Shown one piece after another: positions 26,259 through 33,916 of a stretch of 57,549 nt of DNA. The stretch lies in the IMG/VR virus record IMGVR_UViG_3300029245_000012. One strand, given 5' to 3'. Below the pieces are notes generated by a model, which saw only the letters and a program-made list of their open reading frames with translations, was not told the origin of the DNA and did no database searches. A program made the position numbers and the translations under genes. Position 1 is the first letter of the stretch. The number at the start of each line of letters is the position of its first letter. This stretch comes from a virus.

Positions 26259-26459
26259 TTACTTCTCCTCATCTTCAAAAACAAACAACGTGTCCGGAAA
26301 TGGTTCTCCGCTAAATAGCATATTGAGGTATTTCAAAAAGGTTGGAATACTCATTCCGGCTATCTGCGCAGCTTTAGCTTGTGTAACTCTACCAGCCATA
26401 TATTCTGCTACTGCCTCTGAAAACTTATCCGGATCGCACCTATGTACACCACCAGCCAT
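26259..26459 (-). CDS. small HTH protein
   Basis: 66 aa with the HTH-like segment VTQAKAAQIAGMSIPTFLKYL. Confidence 0.6.
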   Translation of the reverse strand: MAGGVHRCDPDKFSEAVAEYMAGRVTQAKAAQIAGMSIPTFLKYLNMLFSGEPFPDTLFVFEDEEK

Positions 26460-26486
26460 ATTTCACCTCGTAATAACATTTACAAA

Positions 26487-26560
26487 TAGCAGAGATGGGA
26501 TTTGAACCCATGATCTCTAGCTTATGAGGCTAGCGAGCTGCCAGACTGCTCTACTCCGCG
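26487..26560 (-). tRNA. tRNA-Met(CAT)-type (elongator Met or Ile2; C1:U72 mismatch)
   Basis: Hand-folded cloverleaf. Anticodon stem CTAGC/GCTAG, loop CTCATAA, T-arm ATGGG-TTCAAAT-CCCAT. Confidence 0.8.
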
Positions 26561-26798
26561 TAATTATACATACGGCATACTATATAGCCGCATGCCGGGG
26601 CTTGTGATTATTTACTCTGGGAGGAGTATTCAACCGCCTATACGGCTACAGTTGGCATTCTGTAGGCTGATTTTCGCAAAACACTCACCGGACCTGGTGA
26701 CGGTCCTTTATTCAGCATTCCGCTAGTGAGTGAAAGGAGCACAAATGAAACAAACATTTGTCCGGTCAAGGTAAAAGAATTTGAAAACCTTAACCGCA
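26561..26798 (-). ncRNA. structured ~240-nt spacer between tRNAs (candidate ncRNA)
   Basis: At least five hairpins in minus sense: GGTTAAGGT/ACCTTGACC, ACAAATG/CATTTGT, CACTCAC/GTGAGTG enclosing GGACC/GGTCC, CTACAG/CTGTAG and CGGCAT/ATGCCG. Confidence 0.3.
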
Positions 26799-26871
26799 TG
26801 AACGATATGGGACTCGAACCCATGGCCCATAGATTAAAAATCTATTGCTCTCCCAACTGAGCTAATCATTC
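26799..26871 (-). tRNA. tRNA-Lys(TTT)
   Basis: Clean 73-nt cloverleaf: GAATGAT-TA-GCTC..GAGC-A-ATAGA-TTTTTAA-TCTAT-GGGCC-ATGGG-TTCGAGT-CCCAT-ATCGTTC-A. Confidence 0.9.
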
Positions 26872-26966
26872 ATATTCGCCTTGTATGGTCTCAAGGCTCC
26901 CATGGTTAGTCATGGTGGACTGTATAGGTGGAAAGGCTACTTGCGACAACTGCCTATACTCAGTAG

Positions 26967-27038
26967 CGGGGCTAGAGGGATTTGAACCCTCGAATACAGG
27001 AGTCAAAGTCCTGTGCCTTACCACTTGGCGATAACCCT
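26967..27038 (-). tRNA. tRNA-Gln(TTG)
   Basis: Cloverleaf with anticodon arm CAGGA-CTTTGAC-TCCTG and T-arm GAGGG-TTCAAAT-CCCTC. The D-arm resembles E. coli tRNA-Gln. Confidence 0.85.
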
Positions 27039-27363
27039 ATTTGTATTTCTCCATTTCATTTATACTCATACCGACTATTCCGGCTGATTCATCACTATCG
27101 GTATGCTTAAAGTATTCTCCACTTTGCGGCCACATATATCTGAACATAGCATAATTGGCAACATCAAGAAGGTATTCCGTATTTCCTGTCTCTTTAAACT
27201 TTGCAAGGCATTTTTCAAGGCTGCCTATTGCGTCAACATTGCCTGTGGCAAAATTTCTTCCGGCTCTGCCATACTTATAATGACTTTGAACCACTAAAGC
27301 CTTGCGCTTTTCATCAAATTGTAAACTATAGTCAGTTTTCAGAATATCATCAGTCACACTCAT
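27037..27363 (-). CDS. hypothetical protein (108 aa)
   Basis: ATG at 27361-27363, coupled to the upstream small ORF. Confidence 0.55.
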   Translation of the reverse strand: MSVTDDILKTDYSLQFDEKRKALVVQSHYKYGRAGRNFATGNVDAIGSLEKCLAKFKETGNTEYLLDVANYAMFRYMWPQSGEYFKHTDSDESAGIVGMSINEMEKYK

Positions 27364-27502
27364 TGTTTTTGCCCTCATAATCCAAACATATATGTCCAGG
27401 TTCAACATAATCCGAATAATATTCGCTGTTCTGATTGTTACAAACCTTATCACCATCTTCTGTTATGCAGTATTCACAATTGCTGCATTTATCTTTTGTC
27501 AT
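27350..27502 (-). CDS. small Cys-rich protein (50 aa)
   Basis: ATG at 27500-27502 after GGGAGGT. Contains CSNCEYC...VCNN...HIC. Confidence 0.45.
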   Translation of the reverse strand: MTKDKCSNCEYCITEDGDKVCNNQNSEYYSDYVEPGHICLDYEGKNNECD

Positions 27503-27521
27503 AGTGATTACCTCCCAATGT

Positions 27522-27653
27522 TTAGTTATCCTTGCTGAGATTTATTCCAAACGCCACAGCCTTAATTAAAGCAACTATACCCAACAATATATATACCCAA
27601 ACAGGGGCATTAAGTTTTATTGCAATCCAAAGCAAAATGATAAGTTCAATCAT
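27522..27653 (-). CDS. small membrane protein (43 aa)
   Basis: ATGA overlap with the MazG stop. Two hydrophobic helices. Confidence 0.4.
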   Translation of the reverse strand: MIELIILLWIAIKLNAPVWVYILLGIVALIKAVAFGINLSKDN

Positions 27654-28024
27654 ATGTCGTCCTCCTGTTTGTGGTTGGCTCTCCACGTATCAAATCCATC
27701 TGGATATCTGTTTTCAAGTTTTTCTTTGTTCGTCTGCATAACATCATCAAGGGTAAATCCGCTTGCATCACAGATCATGGCAACATACCACATTACATCG
27801 CCGCATTCTTTCTTCAAGTGATTTATGTCTATGCCTTTTTCGTGAAATACGCCCTTTTTAACAAGATCAGCAACTTCGCCCGACTCGCCTGTAAGACCTA
27901 TAACACCATTAAGCAGTTCAGCAACGTCTATTCCATTTGTTGTTGAAACAGCATTAAGAAGTCTATCTCTATTCCTGCCATCATTTGTACGCATGGCAGC
28001 CATTTGATATTCAATTCCGTTCAT
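27650..28024 (-). CDS. mazG: MazG-like nucleotide pyrophosphohydrolase
   Basis: LTGESGEVADLVKK...ECGDVMWYVAMI motifs. Confidence 0.8.
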   Translation of the reverse strand: MNGIEYQMAAMRTNDGRNRDRLLNAVSTTNGIDVAELLNGVIGLTGESGEVADLVKKGVFHEKGIDINHLKKECGDVMWYVAMICDASGFTLDDVMQTNKEKLENRYPDGFDTWRANHKQEDDI

Positions 28025-28139
28025 TTTATTCCTTTTAGGTTAGGGATTTTATAGTTTTGTCTGATGTGATTAAAGAATATCTGTCTGACCGATAGATAAC
28101 TGTTATGTATGTATTATATACACATTATTTGGATTTTGT

Positions 28140-28376
28140 CTATATTTTTTTCTGAATTGCGATTATATCTTCTATTGGGACTTTAAACAGTGCTGATAAA
28201 ATTATCAGATTGTCAACTGTAGGTATTGATTTTCCCTTTTGCCATTTGTATATCGCATTTGGATTTGTAAATTTAAGTATGTTTTGTAAATCCTTAACAC
28301 TTAGTCCTTGTTGTTTTCGATGGTATACTATGTTTTGACCTGTTTTACACATGTCTATAACAGGTATATCAATCAT
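28140..28376 (-). CDS. XRE-family HTH protein
   Basis: HRKQQGLSVKDLQNIL...IYKWQKGKSIPTVDNLIILSALF. Confidence 0.75.
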   Translation of the reverse strand: MIDIPVIDMCKTGQNIVYHRKQQGLSVKDLQNILKFTNPNAIYKWQKGKSIPTVDNLIILSALFKVPIEDIIAIQKKI

Positions 28377-28481
28377 ATATTCTCACCAACCCTATGTTCA
28401 TTTGTTTTGTCATTATGTGTAGATTTATACTTGATATATTTATATGTGGCTGATAAAGCCTTTTTTATTTTAAAAATATTT

Positions 28482-28531
28482 GGGGGGCTTAGTAGGGGCT
28501 CTCCTGGGATCCTGTCACACCCCCACCCCCC
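28482..28531. repeat. G-tract/C-tract inverted element (G6,G4 ... C5,C6) followed by T7
   Basis: GGGGGGcttagtaGGGG...CCCCCaCCCCCC. Very atypical for this AT-rich genome. Confidence 0.6.
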
Positions 28532-28582
28532 TCCAGCGTTCTTTTTTTAGCACTCATTTTGTCTGTGTGCTAATATTGTTTT

Positions 28583-28818
28583 AATTGTTCACACAATTTA
28601 CTGTTATGTCGCTTATGTCTTTGTATCTATTCGCAAAACCCTTGTTTTGCGCACAATTATATATTTAATCCGTATCATCACCGCCAAAAAGTGGCTTATT
28701 TCCTACGTTTTCAGCCTGTCCTAAATTGTTTGAATTGTTCACACAATTTGACACAGTGCAATCAACCTCTATGGTCTTCGCCTGTGCTGAATTGTCTGGA
28801 AGTTTGGCACAATTTGAC
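28583..28818. repeat. AATTGTTCACACAATTT x2 plus CACAATTTGAC copies (candidate pac/TerS-binding repeats)
   Basis: Exact 17-mer at 28583-28599 and 28733-28749. CACAATTTGAC at 28742-28752 and 28808-28818. Confidence 0.6.
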
Positions 28819-29387
28819 TCTAACAATTTGCGCACATCTGAGGCAGTCAGAGCGATTGTGCCACCTCCGGCAGTAGCTCCGCTGGCATCGTTCCAGCCGT
28901 ATTCCCTGTTTTGTATTGCGATTAAACCAACCGCCTGTTTTGTGTCAATTAGTCGATTTGTCAGACAATTCTCACGAAAACCGCGCAATTTTTTGTAAAT
29001 TCTTGTCCGCGGGTGGCTTGGCTTATCCTTGCCCCACTCTGTTATTGTATCATTGTCAATGCCTGTCAAGTGGCAATAGTCTATTATTGATGGCACTTTA
29101 TTATATAAACCACAAATATATATATAATACTCGCATATATCTAAACATTTATTATAATCATACATATTGGAATATATAGCACCATTAGACGTATATATAT
29201 TATTATTATTTAGTAATCTATCTGTGCCTTTAAACATACGTCTATATATATACATCATAGCACCAGACCACAGATTTTGTGGGCAGTTTGTGAGATCATC
29301 AATAGGCGGCTTGTGATTGTCGCAGAACTCTTGCAAATACATATCTATTTCATTATCAAATATTTCTACCTCCTGGCTATTCTCCAT
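28665..29387 (-). CDS. terS: terminase small subunit-like protein
   Basis: IDYCHLTGIDNDTITEWGK (HTH) and VGLIAIQNREYGW resemble TerS families. First gene after a terminator. Confidence 0.55.
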   Translation of the reverse strand: MENSQEVEIFDNEIDMYLQEFCDNHKPPIDDLTNCPQNLWSGAMMYIYRRMFKGTDRLLNNNNIYTSNGAIYSNMYDYNKCLDICEYYIYICGLYNKVPSIIDYCHLTGIDNDTITEWGKDKPSHPRTRIYKKLRGFRENCLTNRLIDTKQAVGLIAIQNREYGWNDASGATAGGGTIALTASDVRKLLESNCAKLPDNSAQAKTIEVDCTVSNCVNNSNNLGQAENVGNKPLFGGDDTD

Positions 29388-29434
29388 GTTTCCGCCTCCT
29401 CTCTAGCTATATATTATATATACATATACAACAA

Positions 29435-29472
29435 AACCGCATAGAATACAATTAAATATACTCTATGCGGTT
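29435..29472 (-). terminator. Rho-independent terminator upstream of terS
   Basis: 11-bp stem AACCGCATAGA/TCTATGCGGTT followed by TTTTGTTGT in minus sense. Confidence 0.65.
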
Positions 29473-29555
29473 AATACCTCTTTAGTGTTTTGATATGAAT
29501 AAAAAACATCAATAAAATATATATCATTGTTTTATTTATTTGTCAATACTGATTT

Positions 29556-29894
29556 TTATGGCCAGTTCGCGATCTGGTCCCACATTTTGTTATATTCCTT
29601 TATCGCCTCCCGCTCTGCCAGATCAAACAATGTCGGATAGTTCCAACTCCCATCACTCTGCCGCCCGGCTTTGTGCTGTTCAAGCTGATCTATGCAGATG
29701 CTAGCACATACATGCGCATAAGGTCCAAAATCCAACATGCAGCGCGCCCGGCCGTTTCGTTCTTCAAAAATCGCGAATATGTCACACATAGACGCCGGGG
29801 GCAGTCCACTTTTTTGTGCTGATCTGTTATACTCCTTTATCATTGTTTGACGGCTATTTATATTTAACTTATAACAATAACCACGTTCCAACAC
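29556..29894 (-). CDS. hypothetical protein
   Basis: 112-aa ORF. Confidence 0.55.
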   Translation of the reverse strand: MLERGYCYKLNINSRQTMIKEYNRSAQKSGLPPASMCDIFAIFEERNGRARCMLDFGPYAHVCASICIDQLEQHKAGRQSDGSWNYPTLFDLAEREAIKEYNKMWDQIANWP

Positions 29895-29985
29895 TTTTTC
29901 TATACCTCCAACATTTTAATATATAATAAGCATAAAAAAACACGGCTATTATATCAATAATAACCGTGTGACAAAGTTTGACATT

Positions 29986-30246
29986 TTACAAAATATATTC
30001 TATCACATATCTATCACCCTCAAAAGTGACTAAATCCATATCCCAGTTTACAAGTGGTCCATCGTCCGAAGTCTCCACTTCATGCTTCAACTGCTGTTTA
30101 TATTCTTCCTCTAGCTCTCCGGCGTACTCGTCAAAGTGCTCTAAATAGTCCTCGTACTCGTAAACTACAGCGCCACGCTTTAAATATTCTTCTGCTTCTC
30201 TTTTTGTCTTGTTTGTGGCCATTATTATTTTTATATCTTTATCCAT
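29986..30246 (-). CDS. hypothetical acidic protein
   Basis: ATG at 30244-30246 after GAGGAGG. A hairpin plus T-run follows at about 29934-29968. Confidence 0.55.
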   Translation of the reverse strand: MDKDIKIIMATNKTKREAEEYLKRGAVVYEYEDYLEHFDEYAGELEEEYKQQLKHEVETSDDGPLVNWDMDLVTFEGDRYVIEYIL

Positions 30247-30394
30247 TTTTCTTGACCTCCTCAATATCATATATTATTATATAATAGTCTCATATCATGG
30301 TTGCTTGATATGATGGACCGCTAGCAACTCCAGCGGTCACGGATTGAAACAATAATGTTTTTAATATAGCGGGCTGTGCAATAAGTCCGCTATA

Positions 30395-30685
30395 TTATTT
30401 TGTCGCCTTGCCGGCGCTGTAACAGTTGTAAAAGCTGTCTACAAGTTTTCCTAGCTGCTCCGGCGTCAACTGTTCTTTTAGATCTTCCGGGATCCATTTG
30501 AATGACTCTCGGAACGTATCGCCCATATTTCCAATTTTTGAATTTTTCTGTACAAGCTCCAGTTTATACATTTCGCCAAGCTCATCAATTGTGATCTCCC
30601 CAGCTTTTACCGCCTCGCGGCCCTCTTTTGTCAATATTGACAGCGCTTTATTTTTGTTTATAACTCCTATTCCTTCGATTCTCAT
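30395..30685 (-). CDS. hypothetical protein
   Basis: 96-aa ORF. Confidence 0.55.
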   Translation of the reverse strand: MRIEGIGVINKNKALSILTKEGREAVKAGEITIDELGEMYKLELVQKNSKIGNMGDTFRESFKWIPEDLKEQLTPEQLGKLVDSFYNCYSAGKATK

Positions 30686-30724
30686 TTTTGCTCCTCTCTT
30701 TCTCCGCCTCTGGCGGTTTAAAAA

Positions 30725-30934
30725 TTAATCAAGTTCAAATGTTCCAACCTCGGAACAGTCGGCCTTTTCTGCCTCGTGCTGTTCTTTTGTCCAGATCTGA
30801 TTTTTCCATGCGGTAGGTTTTCCCACCGTCACGGAACCCCACTGGTCGCCGTTTTTGGCAATTATGTATTTTGTGTCATCCACAAATACATAAATAAAAT
30901 TCTGATCCATCTTATATGGTCCTGTTATCTTCAT
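30725..30934 (-). CDS. hypothetical protein
   Basis: 69-aa ORF with a GGAGGCAAAG RBS. Confidence 0.55.
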   Translation of the reverse strand: MKITGPYKMDQNFIYVFVDDTKYIIAKNGDQWGSVTVGKPTAWKNQIWTKEQHEAEKADCSEVGTFELD

Positions 30935-31019
30935 TTCTTTGCCTCCTTTGCATTCTTTCTTTATCTGATGTATGCATTATATCATTTTGTGCCTTACATG
31001 TCAATGTTTATTTTGTGCC

Positions 31020-31208
31020 TTATTTTAATATTTTTTCTTCGCGTTCTAATTTTTCAGCAACTGCCAACTTAATAAAGTCGTTTGCGCTATACTTTAAGGC
31101 TTTTATTCGTTCTTTCGTGCCTTTTGCTAATCTGCAATTAATGCGCTCGTATTTATCATCATATTTATAAATAGCCTTTCGCGTTGCCGCGCTTGTTTTA
31201 TATTCCAT
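31020..31208 (-). CDS. ribbon-helix-helix (CopG/Arc-type) DNA-binding protein
   Basis: YERINCRLAKGTKERIKAL...SANDFIKLAVAEKLE fits a strand-helix-helix pattern. Confidence 0.65.
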   Translation of the reverse strand: MEYKTSAATRKAIYKYDDKYERINCRLAKGTKERIKALKYSANDFIKLAVAEKLEREEKILK

Positions 31209-31265
31209 TTTTCCGCCTCCTTTTCACTTGTTGATATATCTATAATATATTGTTGTGCCTTATAT

Positions 31266-31303
31266 GTCAAGTAGATCTATCACAGTCAAGTAGATCTATC
31301 ACA
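31266..31303. repeat. exact 19-bp tandem duplication GTCAAGTAGATCTATCACA x2
   Basis: Read directly. Each unit contains the palindrome TAGATCTA. Confidence 0.9.
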
Positions 31304-31520
31304 CATTAATATAGCGATCCCCTTTTGTTTGCTTTGTGCCTTATATATATTGTACAATTTACAAGCTGTTTTGTGCCTTATATTTGTGTATTATTCCATC
31401 TTGTTTTGTGCCTTATATCGTAGTATCATTTAACCATAGCAAAGAGATAACAACCTTGACAATTCCACATGACAGACATTGACGACTTGCAAGGCAGAAA
31501 ATACAAAGGAGAATAAAAAA

Positions 31521-31634
31521 ATGAGAATAATTAAAATTTATGACAGAGCAACAAAAAGTTATATCGGAGAGGTAAAAGCAAACAAAGATCAGATCAGAAC
31601 AATTGAACATGATTTCATTGTTAAGGAGGTATAA
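31521..31634 (+). CDS. small protein (37 aa)
   Basis: AAAGGAG RBS. First gene of the plus-strand cassette. Confidence 0.45.
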   Translation: MRIIKIYDRATKSYIGEVKANKDQIRTIEHDFIVKEV

Positions 31635-31638
31635 AAAC

Positions 31639-31938
31639 ATGAGATATTATCACAACACACCAACAGGATGTGCCCCAAAATGGGAGCAGATCAGCAAGAC
31701 AACATATAACATTATGTTAGACTGCTACAAAGCAGCCGAGGCAACACCGGAGCAGATCGCACAAAGAATAAAAAAGGAATGTGATCCTGGCGATCCGATT
31801 ATATATGGCCCCGGCGATCCAAAAAACGCCGTGACATGTGAATTTTACATGTCATTTGAAAAAGGCGGCGAATGTCTCATATATGCCAAGTGCGCCGGCG
31901 GTTCAATCCTTGCACCGGCGGACATGTTCAAATTTTAG
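31639..31938 (+). CDS. hypothetical protein (99 aa)
   Basis: ATG after an AAGGAGGT RBS. Confidence 0.6.
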   Translation: MRYYHNTPTGCAPKWEQISKTTYNIMLDCYKAAEATPEQIAQRIKKECDPGDPIIYGPGDPKNAVTCEFYMSFEKGGECLIYAKCAGGSILAPADMFKF

Positions 31939-32032
31939 CCGAAACGCTCCAACTTTCGGAGCGTCAGCCGGGGACGGTCTCCCGGCTCTGATGATGGCAG
32001 ACCGAAAAGAACATATTTTAGGAGGTAACAAC

Positions 32033-32377
32033 ATGAGAAACTACACAGAGGAAATAAGAGCGCAGCACGATGGCAAGATTTACAGAGAGGTAATAACTTT
32101 TACTGATCTGGATAAAAACGGCAACAGGATAGTTGTTGAACTGTTAAGAGGACGCAGAGGAAAGGCGGAATACATCGCCGTTGATGTTACAAGGCTGGAC
32201 GGTGAGGGCGTTTACACCGGTGCAATGGATCTTAATCCACAGGTGGAGAGACAGGAAAGGAACATCAACGGCGTTAAATGTGTTAATTATGTTGTTGTTC
32301 CGGGTTGGCTCCTTGCCCCAACAGTTGAGAACAAAAAGAAAATATTAGACGAGATAGCCCGCCGGGCATTCTCGTAA
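32033..32377 (+). CDS. hypothetical protein (114 aa)
   Basis: ATG at 32033 after TAGGAGGT. Confidence 0.6.
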   Translation: MRNYTEEIRAQHDGKIYREVITFTDLDKNGNRIVVELLRGRRGKAEYIAVDVTRLDGEGVYTGAMDLNPQVERQERNINGVKCVNYVVVPGWLLAPTVENKKKILDEIARRAFS

Positions 32378-32380
32378 AAT

Positions 32381-32428
32381 CGGCAAGAATTAAAGGAATT
32401 TCGGGCGGTTCGATTCCGCCCCTTGCTG
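32381..32428 (+). ncRNA. tRNA-like minihelix 1 (acceptor stem + T-arm, no D/anticodon arms)
   Basis: CGGCAAG-15 nt-GGGCGG TTCGATT CCGCCC-CTTGCTG. Confidence 0.45.
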
Positions 32429-32471
32429 CTACCCGATAGGAGAAATATAAAAATATGGAGGTATTGAGATT

Positions 32472-32741
32472 ATGACCATTTACGAAAAATTAGACACTTT
32501 AACCGCTGGGAAAATCCGCGGAAACTTGGAAAAATTTACATTTATTTATGGGAAAAAGGCTGTTGAAACATTAGGACTTGAGAAAATAAAAGACTTTTCT
32601 TTTTGGGACAATGGGCAAAGTGTAATTATATACACAGGCACGCAAGCGGTTTTTGATTGTAATTACGATTTTTTCTATGGGTTAAAAAGGCTCACAACTT
32701 GTTATAATAAAAGCGGCTTGTTTTTCGAATTTAATAATTAA
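32472..32741 (+). CDS. hypothetical protein (89 aa)
   Basis: ATG after a TGGAGGT RBS. Confidence 0.6.
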   Translation: MTIYEKLDTLTAGKIRGNLEKFTFIYGKKAVETLGLEKIKDFSFWDNGQSVIIYTGTQAVFDCNYDFFYGLKRLTTCYNKSGLFFEFNN

Positions 32742-32752
32742 TATTCTTAATT

Positions 32753-32778
32753 AAGGGCGTACGAGTTGCGCCCTTTTG
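32753..32778 (+). terminator. Rho-independent terminator
   Basis: AAGGGCG-9 nt-CGCCCTT followed by TTTT. Confidence 0.65.
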
Positions 32779-32822
32779 CCGTTCTTGGTGGGCTGTGGCT
32801 GGTTCAATTCCAGCCGGGCGGC
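32778..32822 (+). ncRNA. tRNA-like minihelix 2
   Basis: GCCGTTC-12 nt-GGCTGG TTCAATT CCAGCC-GGGCGGC. Confidence 0.45.
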
Positions 32823-33390
32823 TTTCTGATCTTTGATAATATAATATTGCTATGTCGGCGCTTGTGTGCTATGCTGTTCATGTATAGCCTTATTAGCTGT
32901 ATATTTATATCTAATTGTGTGAATTGTTTGTGCAATTCTATGCAATTATATTGCCTATGGCGGTTTATTAATTGTGCCTGTCTGCTGCCGTTTCTGGTGG
33001 TTGATCTTGTCCGTTTTATATTGCTGTTGTATGAGCAAAAATAACAACGTGTTTATTTGCGTTTTAAGACTTTTCGAGTGTGTGGGCGTGTAAATCTACC
33101 AATAGTGGAACGCAAAACAACGCGTAAAGTTTAGCGCGGTGTCAATGGCATATTATAAGCCTTGTCGGTGGTATTCTTTTACCGTGTGGCTGGTCTCGGT
33201 TTGGGTTATGTCTTACTTTACCACGTTGAAGTGTTTCGATTCTGTTCAAAAATCTGAACAAAACTCGCATGAAATTGAGAAAAAGTTGAGAAAAAATTTT
33301 TTGACCGTCCGAAATTTTCAGAATTATTTGATAGGGGGGGTATACATTAATCCGAATATTTTTTTATAAGAATTTTTGAAAAATTAATTT

Positions 33391-33525
33391 TTATTTTTGA
33401 TTTGATACAATAACAAGAGCTTTGGCAAGATAGTGCGATTGCCCTAACTCTTCTATCAGCTTTTGCCGGGTCATTTCTGGATTGGTTCGTCTTATATACT
33501 TTAATATCTTATCTATGTTATCCAT
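33391..33525 (-). CDS. small protein (44 aa), possible HTH
   Basis: ATGGATAA overlap with the upstream stop. Confidence 0.4.
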   Translation of the reverse strand: MDNIDKILKYIRRTNPEMTRQKLIEELGQSHYLAKALVIVSNQK

Positions 33526-33907
33526 ACATTCTATCTCCCATATATCCTGTTAATATATCAACAATTTCAAATACTTGGTCGCCGTATGTAGCAACAAAAT
33601 CACACAGCATTTCTTCCTGTTCTATCGGCATATATATGTTATACGACATGCAAACACAATGACACAGTTCATGTATAATCACTTTATGCAAAAATGTACC
33701 ATGCAAACTTTTAGCCAAATATATACAGTGGGTATTCATGTCTGTTACTCCCACGCTCATAGAGCCATCTGTACGGCTCAATAACGAACTTTTATTATCT
33801 ACCCATACAATTTGCCATTGAATACCATTTAATTCAAAATTCAAGCTATACGCCCCCTTAAAACGCAAGAGAGCGACTTTGCACTCCCTCACGCTTATAT
33901 ACATCAT
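33518..33907 (-). CDS. HExxH zinc-metallopeptidase-like protein (ImmA/SprT-like size)
   Basis: VIIHELCHCV motif. Confidence 0.5.
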   Translation of the reverse strand: MMYISVRECKVALLRFKGAYSLNFELNGIQWQIVWVDNKSSLLSRTDGSMSVGVTDMNTHCIYLAKSLHGTFLHKVIIHELCHCVCMSYNIYMPIEQEEMLCDFVATYGDQVFEIVDILTGYMGDRMYG

Positions 33908-33916
33908 GTGTAATTG

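Larger units (their letters stand above)
30987..31418 (+). repeat. six direct iterons TTGTGCCTTA(Y)AT flanking the RHH gene
   Basis: Copies at 30987, 31013, 31253, 31334, 31371 and 31406, all in the same orientation. Confidence 0.8.

Noticed and set aside
26638-26823. 61-aa minus-strand ORF in the tRNA region
   Set aside because: It overlaps the well-folded tRNA-Lys (26799..26871), has no RBS, and its translation is low complexity.
30987-31418. Possibility that the repeated TTGTGCCTTATAT motifs are a CRISPR array
   Set aside because: The units are only ~13 bp, the spacing is irregular (26 to 240 bp), and a protein-coding gene sits between copies. This is not CRISPR architecture.
31890-31925. 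GGTTCAATCC T-loop-like sequence inside CDS 31639..31938 as a third tRNA-like element
   Set aside because: The flanks (GGCGG / CTTGC) do not pair into a T-stem and there is no acceptor-like helix.
32766-33044. 92-aa plus-strand ORF after the cassette
   Set aside because: It starts inside a terminator, runs through tRNA-like element 2, has no RBS, and gives a hydrophobic, Cys/Leu-rich, nonsense-looking translation.
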